Part shown: positions 16,731 to 26,100 of the stretch, piece after piece
How positions within the stretch are numbered: the stretch's first letter is position 1
How the letters are laid out: each line of letters opens with the position of its first letter
NCBI GenBank assembly: GCA_963782885.1
Contig: CAWALL010000037.1
Span: forward strand, 4,745 to 68,744
Reading direction: 5' to 3'
DNA from: an uncultured Alphaproteobacteria bacterium
GTDB taxonomy: Bacteria > Pseudomonadota > Alphaproteobacteria > Geminicoccales > Geminicoccaceae
DNA length: 64,000 nt
Program-made: the position numbers and the translations under genes
The notes under the pieces: model-generated
Told to the model about the DNA's origin: nothing
The model's database searches: none
What the model saw: the letters and a program-made list of their open reading frames with translations, nothing else

Positions 16731-17950
16731 GGCGCCCCATCGCCTATGGCTGGCAGGGTGAAGTGCAGGACGGCGCCCATCGCCGGGCCGGGCTCGGCCC
16801 AGAGCTTGCCGCCATGGGCCTCGATGATCGCGTGGCTGATCGAAAGCCCCATGCCCATGCCGTCGTGCTTGGTCGTGTAGAACGGCTGGAAGGCCCGCGC
16901 CGCACACTTGCGGTCCATGCCCGGTCCGGTGTCCGCGACGCTCAGCTGTACGCGTCGGGTCCGCAGCGGCTGCGCCCGGATCGTGATCCGCCGGATGGCG
17001 CAGTCCGCGCTGCGCATCGCCTCGATCCCGTTCGCGATCAGGTTGATCAGCACCTGCCTCGATGTGGACCGCCTCGACCAGGACGGCGGGCAGGTCCGGT
17101 CCGCACTCGGCCTCGATCCGGACGTCACGGTCACGGGCTTCGGCCTCCATCAGTCGCATGGCATCGGCGATCAGGCCTGGCAGCTCGACGGCGACCGTGG
17201 GCGTGCCTTCCTTGCGCAGGAAGCTCCTGAGGTGACGCGTCATTTCGCCGGCGCAGGCCGCTGCGGCCGAGGCTTGGGACAGGGCCTCGGCCAAGCTCTT
17301 CTGGTCGCCGGAGCCGGTGCGGAGCATGCGCAGCGCCGCATCGCAGTTGAGGACGATCGTGCCGAGCGGCTGGTTCAGGTCGTGGGCCAAGCAGGAGGCC
17401 AGGGCGCCGACCGTACCAAGTCGGGCCGCGTGCGTCAGCCGGCTCTGCAGCAGCCGGGCCTGGCGCTCGGCGCATCTGTGCGCCGAGACCATCGCGCTGC
17501 GGCAGGCCGGGGTGCCCTCAGCACCGGCGACCCGGACGCTGCCCAAACGGACGTGCACCGGCCAGCCGCTCCGGGTCCGGACCCGCAGCTCCTGGCTGAG
17601 GCGGCCGTCGCCCTCCTGCAGTTCGCCCAGGTGGCGGGCGAACAGGTCCCGGTCGTCGCGCACGACCCAGCGGCCGAATGGGCCGCCGATCAGCCGCTCC
17701 CGCGGCCAGTCCAGCATCGCGGCGCCGGTCCGGTTGATGTCGCCGATGCTGCCTCAAGCATCCAACAGAAGATCGCCGACGGCGCTAGATCGTAGAGGTC
17801 GCGGTAGTACGCCAACGCCTGCTTACGCGCCTGCTCTGGCGCGACGGTCCTCGAGGTCCGCTCGCAGGCGTGATCCGGCGAGTTCTGACCACGGTCCGGG
17901 CGCCCCAGGCCCTCGCCGCCGCATTCTTTCCACGGCAGGACTCGTCGCAT
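16703..17950 (-). pseudogene. PAS-domain sensor histidine kinase, multiply disrupted
   Basis: Four pieces, in order. (1) PAS start YRDLYDLAPSAIF, then a frame change near 17768-17775. (2) LLDA, an in-frame TGA (17754-17756), then GSIGDINRTGAAMLDWPRERLIG. (3) H-box SCLAHDLNQPLG. (4) A 1-nt insertion near 17057 separates ...LVEAVHIE from QVLINLIANGIEAM...DTGPGM...GMGMGLSIS (N, G1 and G2 boxes). Confidence 0.75.
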
Positions 17951-18349
17951 CGCCTCCCCGGGCAGCTCCCGCAGCAGCGGAAAACGTCAGTCCGGCACGC
18001 TTCGCTCCCAGGGTGCCGGTCATACCGGATCACCTCCGCGTGAGGTCGCTGTGCTGCCCGGGGGGCCGTGACGCGATTGCCGCCGCCGCGCGTCGATCTA
18101 GGTTGCGATTATCGGCCGATGACGTCGAATCGCCGCCCCGGAACTGCTTGCTGCGCCGCCGCGTTGAGTGACCTCACCTAGGCAGGCCCCAGCGATGACG
18201 TCTCGGGTGCGGTTTTTCCCGATCGTGGTGGGCACCGGTCGCGACGGACCATTGCCCACTCGGAGGAGCGGGCCTGTGACCCTCAACCGGCTCTGCAGTA
18301 CCGCCGCCCGCCGTGCTCGCCGGCCCGTCGGCGCCCGATCGAGCGATCG

Positions 18350-19369
18350 ATGACCACGCTCGTCACCGGTGCGACCGGGTTCATCGGATCGGCGGTCGCT
18401 CGCGTGCTGATTGCGCGCGGGCACGAAGTCCGCGCTTTGGTGCGTCCGGGCAGCAACCGGTCCAACCTGGAGTGCCTGCCGCTCGAAGTCATCGAAGGCG
18501 ATCTGCGCGATTCCACCTCGCTCCGCACCGCCATGACGGGCTGCCGGGCGGTGTTTCACGTCGCCGCCGACTATCGCCTGTGGGTCCCGGATCCCGCGTC
18601 GCTGTATGCAACCAACGTCGCGGGTACTGAGACGCTGCTGCGGGTGGCGGAGGCCCAGGGCGTCGAGCGCTTCGTCTATACCAGCAGCGTCGGCGCCCTG
18701 GGCCTCGATCCGACCGGCCGGGCGGCCGACGAGGACACGCCGGTCCGGATGTCCGAGATCATCGGCCATTATCATCGGTCCAAGCTCCTCGGCGAGAACC
18801 TGGTCCGGCAATTCGCCGCGCGTCTGCCGGTGGTGATCGTCAACCCGTCGTTTCCGGTCGGGCCGCGCGACATCAAGCCGACGCCGACCGGCCTCACGAT
18901 CCTCAAGGCCGCCGCCGGCCGGATGCCCGCCTATCTCGATACTGGTATCAATCTCGTCCACGTGGACGACGTGGCGGAGGGCCATTACCTGGCCTTCGAG
19001 AATGGCCGTGTGGGCAGGAGCTACATCCTGGGCGGCTGGGACCTGACGCTACGGGAGCTGCTGCTGCTGGTGGCGCAGGTCTGCGGGCGCACGTCGCGGC
19101 TGATGCGGCTGCCCCACGGGGCGGCCATGGCCATGGCATACGCCTTCGAGGGCTTCGCGCGCCTGAGTGGACGGGCACCGCTCGCGACCCGCGACGAGGT
19201 TCAACTCGCGCGCCGGCCCATGTACTTCTCCTCAGGGCGCGCGGAGCGAGAACTGGGCTACCGTGCCCGGCCGGCCGAGCACGCGGTCCGCGACAGCGTC
19301 GCCTGGTTCGAGGCAAACGGCTATCTGAAGCGCGGGCGCTACCAGCCGTCTGCCCTCGGACGCGCCTGA
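18350..19369 (+). CDS. hpnA: Hopanoid-associated sugar epimerase HpnA (NAD-dependent epimerase/dehydratase)
   Basis: 339 aa. Rossmann motif TGATGFIGSAV. HVAADYRLW and YxxxK (YHRSK). Directly precedes hpnI-hpnJ-hpnK. Confidence 0.8.
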   Translation: MTTLVTGATGFIGSAVARVLIARGHEVRALVRPGSNRSNLECLPLEVIEGDLRDSTSLRTAMTGCRAVFHVAADYRLWVPDPASLYATNVAGTETLLRVAEAQGVERFVYTSSVGALGLDPTGRAADEDTPVRMSEIIGHYHRSKLLGENLVRQFAARLPVVIVNPSFPVGPRDIKPTPTGLTILKAAAGRMPAYLDTGINLVHVDDVAEGHYLAFENGRVGRSYILGGWDLTLRELLLLVAQVCGRTSRLMRLPHGAAMAMAYAFEGFARLSGRAPLATRDEVQLARRPMYFSSGRAERELGYRARPAEHAVRDSVAWFEANGYLKRGRYQPSALGRA

Positions 19370-19393
19370 GAGCGCGATGCGGGCGCGGCGGCG

Positions 19394-20548
19394 ATGATTG
19401 GAGCGGCGCTGCTGGGGTATGGATTGGAGGCCGCTGCGCTCAGCTACGTCGGGGTCGCCGACTGGCGCCTGCGCCGGTTCGCGCGCGCGACGCCGCCGCG
19501 CCGGGACTTCGCGCCCGCCGTCAGCCTCCTGAAGCCGTTGTGCGGGCTCGAGCCGGAGCTGTACGAGAACCTGCGCTCCTATTTCGAACTCGACTATCCG
19601 ACGGTCCAGATCGTGTTCGGCGTGCAGGATCCTGGCGATCCGGCGCGGCAGGTGGCCGAGCGGCTCAGGACAGAATTCCCGCAGTCCGAGGTCGCGATCG
19701 TGGTCGACCGTCGCCAGCACGGCAGCAATCCGAAATTGAGCAACCTCATCAACATGATGGCGGCGGCGCGCCACGACATTCTGGTGCTTTCCGACAGCGA
19801 CATCAAAGTCCCGCCCGACTACCTCGCGCGCGTGGTGGCGCCGCTTGAGGACCCGGGCATCGGCGCCGTGACCTGCGCCTATACGGCGCATCCCGCCACG
19901 CCGACCCTGGCCGCGCGGATGGCGTGCCTGCAGATCAACGACTGGTTCTTCCCGTCCGTCCTGGTGGCAAGCGCACTCGAGGAAGTGGACTTCTGCATGG
20001 GCTCGACGATCGCGCTCCGGCGCGACGCGCTCCGTGCGATTGGCGGCTTCCGCGCGCTACGCGACGTGCTCGCCGATGACTACGAGATTGGCCGCCGGCT
20101 GGTCGATCGCGGCTACCGCGTGGCGCTCTCGGACTGCGTGGTCGAGACCGTGGCGAGCGAACTCGACCCGAGGGCGCTCGTCCTCCACGAACTGCGCTGG
20201 GCGCGCACCATCCGGACCGTGCGACCGTTCGGATTCGCTGGCATGTGCATCACCAATACCGTCTCGATCTGCCTGCTGGCGGCACTGTCCCTGATCGGGG
20301 TCGGCATGATCGTGCCGATTGCCATGGTCGCGGCTGGTCTGCTCGCGCGCCTGATCCTACATTTTCGCATCACCTCGCGCTTCGCCGCTCCGCGGGGGGC
20401 GAGCTGGCTGCTGCCCTTTCGCGATGTCCTTTCGTTCGGCATCTGGGCTGCGAGCTTCATCGGTCGCCGGGTGACCTGGCGCGGCCAGCGTTTCTCGGTG
20501 CGCCAGGATGGCAGCCTCGTCGGAACCAAGAGCATGAAACCGTCATGA
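19394..20548 (+). CDS. hpnI: Bacteriohopanetetrol glucosamine biosynthesis glycosyltransferase HpnI (GT21-like)
   Basis: 384 aa. SLLKPLCGLEP, FGVQDPGDPA, NPKLSNL, LSDSDI motifs of the ceramide-glucosyltransferase-like family. The stop overlaps the hpnJ ATG (ATGA). Confidence 0.85.
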   Translation: MIGAALLGYGLEAAALSYVGVADWRLRRFARATPPRRDFAPAVSLLKPLCGLEPELYENLRSYFELDYPTVQIVFGVQDPGDPARQVAERLRTEFPQSEVAIVVDRRQHGSNPKLSNLINMMAAARHDILVLSDSDIKVPPDYLARVVAPLEDPGIGAVTCAYTAHPATPTLAARMACLQINDWFFPSVLVASALEEVDFCMGSTIALRRDALRAIGGFRALRDVLADDYEIGRRLVDRGYRVALSDCVVETVASELDPRALVLHELRWARTIRTVRPFGFAGMCITNTVSICLLAALSLIGVGMIVPIAMVAAGLLARLILHFRITSRFAAPRGASWLLPFRDVLSFGIWAASFIGRRVTWRGQRFSVRQDGSLVGTKSMKPS

Positions 20549-21966
20549 GAACGCTGTTTTTGAATCCGCCCTCGTTCGCAGGTTTCGACGGCGGCGCCGG
20601 GTCGCGCTATCAGGCAAAGCGCGAGATCAGGTCGTTCTGGTATCCGACCTGGCTCGCGCAGCCGGCGGCGCTGGTGCCGGACAGCCGGCTGGTCGATGCC
20701 CCCGCGCGCGGCCTTGCGCTCGATGAGGTCCGGCCGCTGGCGCGCGACTATGAGCTCGCGGTGCTGCACACCAGCACCCCGTCCTTCGCCGGCGACGTCA
20801 AGGTCGCCGAAGCCCTCAAGGCCGAGAACCCAAAGCTCGTGCTCGGCCTGGTCGGCGCTCATGTCGCGACATCGCCCGCCACCTCGCTGCTGGCGTCCGA
20901 GGCCATCGACTTCGTCGCCGGCAACGAGTTCGACTTCACGATCAAGGAGATCGCCGAGGGCGCGCCCCTGCCGGCGGTCGCCGGCATCACCTACCGCCAG
21001 GCCGGCCGCGCCGTGCACAACCCGCCGCGCGCCCTCCTGCACGACATGGATCAGCTGCCGTTCGTCACCCCGGTCTACAAGCGCGATCTCGTGCCCGAGG
21101 ACTACTTCATCGGCTACCTGCTGCACCCCTACATGTCGCTGTACACGGGCCGCGGCTGCAAGTCGCGCTGCACCTTCTGCCTCTGGCCGCAGACAATCGG
21201 CGGCCACGTCTATCGCACCCGCAGCGCCGCCAACGTGATCGAGGAGATCGCGCTCGCCAAGGAATTGTTCCCGCAAGTCCGCGAGTTCTTCTTCGATGAT
21301 GATACCTTCACCGACGACCGCCCGCGCGCCGAGGAGATCGCCCGCGGGCTCGGCCGGCTCGGCGTCACCTGGTCGTGCAACGCCAAGGCCAATGTGCCTT
21401 TCGACACCCTCGAGGTCCTGCGGGACAACGGTCTCCGCCTGCTGCTGGTCGGCTACGAGTCCGGCAACCAGCAGATCCTTCACAACATCAAGAAAGGCAT
21501 GCGGATCGACTTCGCCCGCCGGTTCACCGCGGACTGCCATCGGCTCGGCATCACGATCCATGGGACCTTCATCGTCGGGCTGCCGGGCGAGACCGCCGAG
21601 ACGATCGAAGAAACCATCCGCTTCGCCACCGAGATCAACCCGCATACCATCCAGGTCTCGCTCGCTGCTCCTTATCCTGGCACCTTTCTCTACAATCAGG
21701 CGCTCGAGAACGGCTGGCTGGTCGATGACGGCGCCAGCCTGGTGCAGGGCGAGGGCTTCCAGATCTCTTCCTTGTCCTATCCGCATCTGTCGCAGCGCGA
21801 GATGTTTGAGGCGCTCGCCGATTTTTACAAGCGCTTCTACTTCCGGCCGCGCAAGATTGCCGACATCACGTTCGAGATGTTCCGCAGCTGGGAGATGGCC
21901 AAGCGCCGGCTGCGCGAGGGCGTCGAATTCATGCATTTCCTCCGGGCGCGGGAGTCCGGGCACTGA
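20545..21966 (+). CDS. hpnJ: Hopanoid biosynthesis-associated radical SAM protein HpnJ
   Basis: Start at ATG 20545 (MRTLFLNPPSFAGFDGGAGSRYQ). B12-binding-like N-domain. Radical SAM cluster GCKSRCTFCLWP. Confidence 0.9.
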   Translation: MRTLFLNPPSFAGFDGGAGSRYQAKREIRSFWYPTWLAQPAALVPDSRLVDAPARGLALDEVRPLARDYELAVLHTSTPSFAGDVKVAEALKAENPKLVLGLVGAHVATSPATSLLASEAIDFVAGNEFDFTIKEIAEGAPLPAVAGITYRQAGRAVHNPPRALLHDMDQLPFVTPVYKRDLVPEDYFIGYLLHPYMSLYTGRGCKSRCTFCLWPQTIGGHVYRTRSAANVIEEIALAKELFPQVREFFFDDDTFTDDRPRAEEIARGLGRLGVTWSCNAKANVPFDTLEVLRDNGLRLLLVGYESGNQQILHNIKKGMRIDFARRFTADCHRLGITIHGTFIVGLPGETAETIEETIRFATEINPHTIQVSLAAPYPGTFLYNQALENGWLVDDGASLVQGEGFQISSLSYPHLSQREMFEALADFYKRFYFRPRKIADITFEMFRSWEMAKRRLREGVEFMHFLRARESGH

Positions 21967-22829
21967 AGCGCCTGATCGTCACGGGCGACGATTTCGGGGC
22001 GGCGGTTGCGGTCAACGAGGCGATCGAGCGGGCGTGCCGCGACGGCATCCTGAACACCGCGAGCCTGATGGTCGGTGCTCCGGCCGCAGCCGACGCCGTG
22101 GCGCGCGCACATCGCCTGCCGTCGCTCCAGGTCGGGCTGCACGTGGTGCTCGTGCGCGGCCGGCCGGTGCTTGCGCCTGAGCGCATCCCCGCGCTGGTCC
22201 GATCCGACGGCAGCTTCCCGGACCGGCTGGCCAGCGCCGGTGTTCGCTACTTCTTCTCGGCCGCGGCCCGGCAGCAACTCGCCGCTGAGATCCGGGCGCA
22301 GTTCGAGCGCTTCCGCGCCACCGGCCTCGCGCTCGATCACGCCAACGCGCACAACCACCTGCAACTGCATCCGACGGTTCTCGACCTGATCCTGACGATC
22401 GGCCGGGAGTTCGGGCTGCGGGCGATCCGGCTCCCTTGCGAGCCGTTCGGTGCTTCCTGGCGCGCCGGCCGGACCCGCTGGGGGCGTCGCCTGGCGAGCG
22501 ATTTCCTGCTGCGGCCGATGATCGCGCGTTCTCGTCGACGGCTCGCGCGCGCTGCGATCGCGGCCAACGACTACCTGTTCGGAATGAACGATGCCGGAGC
22601 GATGGATCGCGCGCGGCTCGTCGGCATTCTGGCCAACCTGCCGGACGGCGTCTCGGAACTCTGTTGCCATCCGGCAACCGGCCCCTGGCCGGATATGGAA
22701 GCCGCGGCGCGTCACTTTCGGGTCGCGGACGAGCTCGCGGCGTTGACCGACGCCGCGGTCGCGGCCGCTCTGTCCGAAGGCGGCATCGAACGGACCGTCT
22801 TCAGCGACCTGTGCCGCGCCCGGGAATGA
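21963..22829 (+). CDS. hpnK: Hopanoid biosynthesis-associated YdjC-family deacetylase HpnK
   Basis: The conserved YdjC N-terminus (L)KRLIVTGDDFGAAVAVNEAI lies upstream of the first ATG (22068). The only start-like codon is CTG 21963, which overlaps the hpnJ stop. HANAHNHLQLHP motif present. Confidence 0.75.
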   Translation: MKRLIVTGDDFGAAVAVNEAIERACRDGILNTASLMVGAPAAADAVARAHRLPSLQVGLHVVLVRGRPVLAPERIPALVRSDGSFPDRLASAGVRYFFSAAARQQLAAEIRAQFERFRATGLALDHANAHNHLQLHPTVLDLILTIGREFGLRAIRLPCEPFGASWRAGRTRWGRRLASDFLLRPMIARSRRRLARAAIAANDYLFGMNDAGAMDRARLVGILANLPDGVSELCCHPATGPWPDMEAAARHFRVADELAALTDAAVAAALSEGGIERTVFSDLCRARE

Positions 22830-23120
22830 GGCGTCCGGCGCTCAGGATCGCCGTCGGTGTGACAGCTGATCGAGGGCCGGCGCCCGTTCGATCCGGCCGG
22901 CGGTTCCGGTCGGCGCCCCTGAGCCAAGCGGGCAGAGCGGGGCGCTGCCTCCGTTGGTCCACCCCGCGGCCGCCGGCGCGGAATCCGCTGGGCCCGCACA
23001 GACCCCGTCTTCGACAGCCTGAGGTCCGCCTGGTCCGGAGCAGCCGCGCAACTTTTGCGCCATCTCTGTCGTTATCTCGCTGCCGCACGATGCGGCGGAC
23101 GAGGTGCGGAGCATCCCCGG

Positions 23121-24266
23121 ATGGCCGAGGCAAGCCAGTTCCTGGTGACCGACCGGGAGAAGGACCGGGTCGTGGTGCAGGTCCGCGGCGCGTGGACGAT
23201 CGACCATGCCGAGGCGCTGGCGGCGGCAGTGGACGGGCTCGAGGTTGGTGCCGGCGGGGCGGGGCGGGTCGACGCCCAGGACCTCGAGGACCTCGACACC
23301 CTCGGCGCCTGGTTGCTGGCGGGGGTCTGCGAGCAACTGCGGAGCGACGGCGACGGGCCGGCGGTCGCTGGCACCGACGAGCGGCAGCAGGCGCTGCTCG
23401 AGGAGGTGCAGGACAAGCGCGCGGCCCTCGTAAAGACGAAGCCGGAGCGGCGCGGACTCACCGATGCGGTCGGCGACAGCGTTGCGGCGCTTGGGCGGCA
23501 CATCGTGGTCGGGCTCGCCGAGGCCCGCGACTTCGTAGCTTTCGTCGGCGCGACGCTGGTCTGTGTCGTGCAGATTGCGCTCCGGCGCCAGCGCTTCAGC
23601 TTCGCCTCGCTGGCTCATCAAATGGAGCAGGTCTGGATCAACGCGCTCCCGATCGTGGGCCTGCTCGGGTTCCTGTCCGGCGTCGTGATCGTCTACCAGG
23701 GCACGACCCAGCTGCAGCGCTTCGGCGCCTCGACCCTCGCGATCAACCTGGTCGGGATCGTGGTCCTGCGCGAGATCGGGGTGCTGCTCGCGGCGCTCCT
23801 GGTCGGTGGACGCTCGGGCAGTTCGTTCGCTGCCCAGATCGGGGCGATGAAGGCGCAGCGGGAAGTCGACGCGATGCTGGCGAGCGGGATCGACCCGACC
23901 GCAGCGCTGGTCGTGCCGCGGATCGCGGCCTTGCTGATCACGTTCCCGCTGCTCGGGTTCTTCAGCACGATCATGGCGCTGGTCGGCGGTGGCCTGATGG
24001 CCTGGTTCGAGCTCGGCCTGGGGCCGTTCGCCTTCATGGCGCGCCTGCTCGAGGCGGTCACCCTTTCGACCTTCTTGGTCGGCATGATCAAGACCCCGGT
24101 GTTCGCCTTGATCATCGCGCTGATCGGCTGCTTCCAGGGCCTGCGGGTCGAGGGCACGGCGGCGGAGGTGGGGCGGTTGACCACGCGCTCCGTGGTGCAG
24201 ACGATCTTCCTGATCATCGCGACGGATGCGCTGTTTACGATCTTTTTCCGGTTCGTGAACGTCTGA
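23121..24266 (+). CDS. MlaE-family ABC permease with N-terminal STAS-like domain
   Basis: Start at ATG 23121 (MAEASQF...). About 100 aa of STAS-like sequence precede a typical MlaE core (GPRSL-equivalent LPIVGLLGFLSGVVIVYQ...REIGVLLAALLVGGRSGSSFAAQIGAMK). Confidence 0.85.
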   Translation: MAEASQFLVTDREKDRVVVQVRGAWTIDHAEALAAAVDGLEVGAGGAGRVDAQDLEDLDTLGAWLLAGVCEQLRSDGDGPAVAGTDERQQALLEEVQDKRAALVKTKPERRGLTDAVGDSVAALGRHIVVGLAEARDFVAFVGATLVCVVQIALRRQRFSFASLAHQMEQVWINALPIVGLLGFLSGVVIVYQGTTQLQRFGASTLAINLVGIVVLREIGVLLAALLVGGRSGSSFAAQIGAMKAQREVDAMLASGIDPTAALVVPRIAALLITFPLLGFFSTIMALVGGGLMAWFELGLGPFAFMARLLEAVTLSTFLVGMIKTPVFALIIALIGCFQGLRVEGTAAEVGRLTTRSVVQTIFLIIATDALFTIFFRFVNV

Positions 24267-24267
24267 G

Positions 24268-25074
24268 ATGGCGGGCGCGGGGGAGAACATCGTCGAGGTG
24301 CGGGGCCTGCGGGTCGGGTTCAACGACCATGTCGTGCTCGCGGGCCTCGAGCTCGAGGTGCACCGGGGCGAGGTTCTGGGGATCGTCGGCGGCTCGGGCT
24401 CAGGCAAATCGGTGCTGCTACAGACGATCCTCGGACTGCTGCGCCCGCGGGCCGGCAGCGTCCGGGTGTTCGGCCGGGCGCTGACCGAACTCGGGCCGCT
24501 CGAGCGTCGGGCGCTGCAGCGCCGCTGGGGGGTCCTGTTCCAGGACGCGGCGCTGTTCTCGTCGCTGACGCTGGCCGACAACGTCCGGCGGGTGATCAGC
24601 GAGCACGCCAGCGTGCCCGAGCCACTCCTCGAGCAGCTGGTGCGGCTCAAGATCAGCATGGTCGGGCTGGAGCCCACGACCCTTGGGCAATACCCGGCCG
24701 AGCTGTCGGGTGGCATGCGCAAGCAGGCGGGCCTGGCGCGCGCGCTGGCGCTCGACCCCGAGATCCTGTTCCTCGACGAGCCGACCGCGGGGCTCGACCC
24801 GCTGGCGGCGACCGCGTTCGAGGACCTGATCAAGGAGCTACGCCGGACGCTGAAGTTCACGGTCGTTCTGGTGACGCACGATCTGGACACGCTGTATGCG
24901 ATCTGCGACCGGGTGGCGGTGCTGGTCGATGGGCAGATTGCGGCCAGCGGGTCGATTGCCGAGGTCTCGAGGGAACGCCAGCCCTGGATCAGGGATTTCT
25001 TTCATGGACCGCGCGGGCGCGCGGCCGGCGGCCGATCGGATGCGGGCCGGGCCGCCCGGGCGGCGGGCAGCTAG
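24268..25074 (+). CDS. MlaF-like ABC transporter ATP-binding protein
   Basis: Walker A GGSGSGKS, signature LSGGMRKQ, Walker B ILFLDEPTAGLD. Starts 1 nt after the permease stop. Confidence 0.9.
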   Translation: MAGAGENIVEVRGLRVGFNDHVVLAGLELEVHRGEVLGIVGGSGSGKSVLLQTILGLLRPRAGSVRVFGRALTELGPLERRALQRRWGVLFQDAALFSSLTLADNVRRVISEHASVPEPLLEQLVRLKISMVGLEPTTLGQYPAELSGGMRKQAGLARALALDPEILFLDEPTAGLDPLAATAFEDLIKELRRTLKFTVVLVTHDLDTLYAICDRVAVLVDGQIAASGSIAEVSRERQPWIRDFFHGPRGRAAGGRSDAGRAARAAGS

Positions 25075-25095
25075 CCGGCGGGAGCCGAACCGGGC

Positions 25096-26100
25096 ATGGA
25101 GAGCCGGGCCAGTTATCTGTTGATCGGCAGCGTCGCGATCGGGTTCGTGGTCGCGCTGTTCGGCTTCGTGATCTGGCTCGAGCAGTGGGGGTTCGGCGCG
25201 CCGCAGCAGCGCTATCGGGTGGTGTTCGGCGGCGAGGCGACCCCGGCCGGGCTCGACCGGGGCGGCGAGGTGCTGTTCAACGGCATCGGGGTCGGCAGCA
25301 TCCAGTCGATCAAGCTCGACCCGGACAATGCGCGCCAGGCGCTGGTCGTGATCTCGATCGACGCCGACACGCCGGTGCGGGCCGATTCGGTCGCGCGCGA
25401 GGGCAACCAGGGGTTCACCGGCCGCAGCTATCTCTCGATCTCCGACGGCAGCCCGGACGCGCCGCTGCTCAAGCCCGAGGGCGACCAGCTGCCGACCATC
25501 CAGGCCAGGCCCGGGGGCTTGTCGGCGATCATGCAGAAGGCGCCCGAGATCGCCGATAAGGTGCTCGAGGTCGCCAACCAGGCCTCGGGGCTGCTCGGCG
25601 GCGGCGGTGGCGGCGGCCCGGACCAGGATGTCGGGGCGATCCTGAAGAACCTGCGCCAGCTGACCGACACGCTCGCCGGCCGCGATCAGAAGATCGGCCG
25701 CATGATCGACGACCTGGCCCAGGCCTCGGCCCGGGTCGACCGCGCCGCCGGGCAGGCCCAGACCATGCTCGAGGCCGGCAGCCAGACCGCGCAGGCGGCG
25801 CAGGCGACCGTGGGCGACCTCCACAAGCTGGTCACGAGCGACGTCCGGCCGGCGCTGGCTCAGGCCCGGCAGGCGGCGCAGAAGACCGCCGCGGCCGCGG
25901 CCAGCGTCGACCAGCTGGTCGGCCAGACGAGCCCGCCGGTCGAGCGGTTCGCCACCGACGGCCTGACCGAGGTCCGGCACTTCGTCAGCGAGGCGCGCCA
26001 GCTGGTCCAGGAACTGCGCGACGTCGCCGACCAGCTGCGGGCGAACCCGAGCGAGTTCCTGCTCGGCCGCAATCGGGGCGGCTTCCAGCCGGAGCGATGA
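25096..26100 (+). CDS. MlaD/MCE-domain protein
   Basis: N-terminal TM helix, then an MCE domain (YRVVFGGEATPAGLDRGGEVLFNGIGVGSIQSIKLD). Long coiled/low-complexity C-terminal region. Confidence 0.85.
   Translation: MESRASYLLIGSVAIGFVVALFGFVIWLEQWGFGAPQQRYRVVFGGEATPAGLDRGGEVLFNGIGVGSIQSIKLDPDNARQALVVISIDADTPVRADSVAREGNQGFTGRSYLSISDGSPDAPLLKPEGDQLPTIQARPGGLSAIMQKAPEIADKVLEVANQASGLLGGGGGGGPDQDVGAILKNLRQLTDTLAGRDQKIGRMIDDLAQASARVDRAAGQAQTMLEAGSQTAQAAQATVGDLHKLVTSDVRPALAQARQAAQKTAAAAASVDQLVGQTSPPVERFATDGLTEVRHFVSEARQLVQELRDVADQLRANPSEFLLGRNRGGFQPER

Noticed and set aside
22436-24890. Two 682-aa ORFs (22436-24484 plus strand, 22842-24890 minus strand) spanning the hpnK-Mla region
   Set aside because: Their translations are Arg/Pro/Gly/Ala-rich low-complexity strings without motifs. 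They overlap well-supported MlaE/MlaF genes. They are typical shadow ORFs of GC-rich DNA.
25590-25625. Runs of GGC/GGT codons (also at 33880-33912) as tandem repeats or CRISPR-like structure
   Set aside because: They encode poly-Gly linkers inside the MlaD-like and DUF3576 proteins. There is no spacer-repeat architecture.
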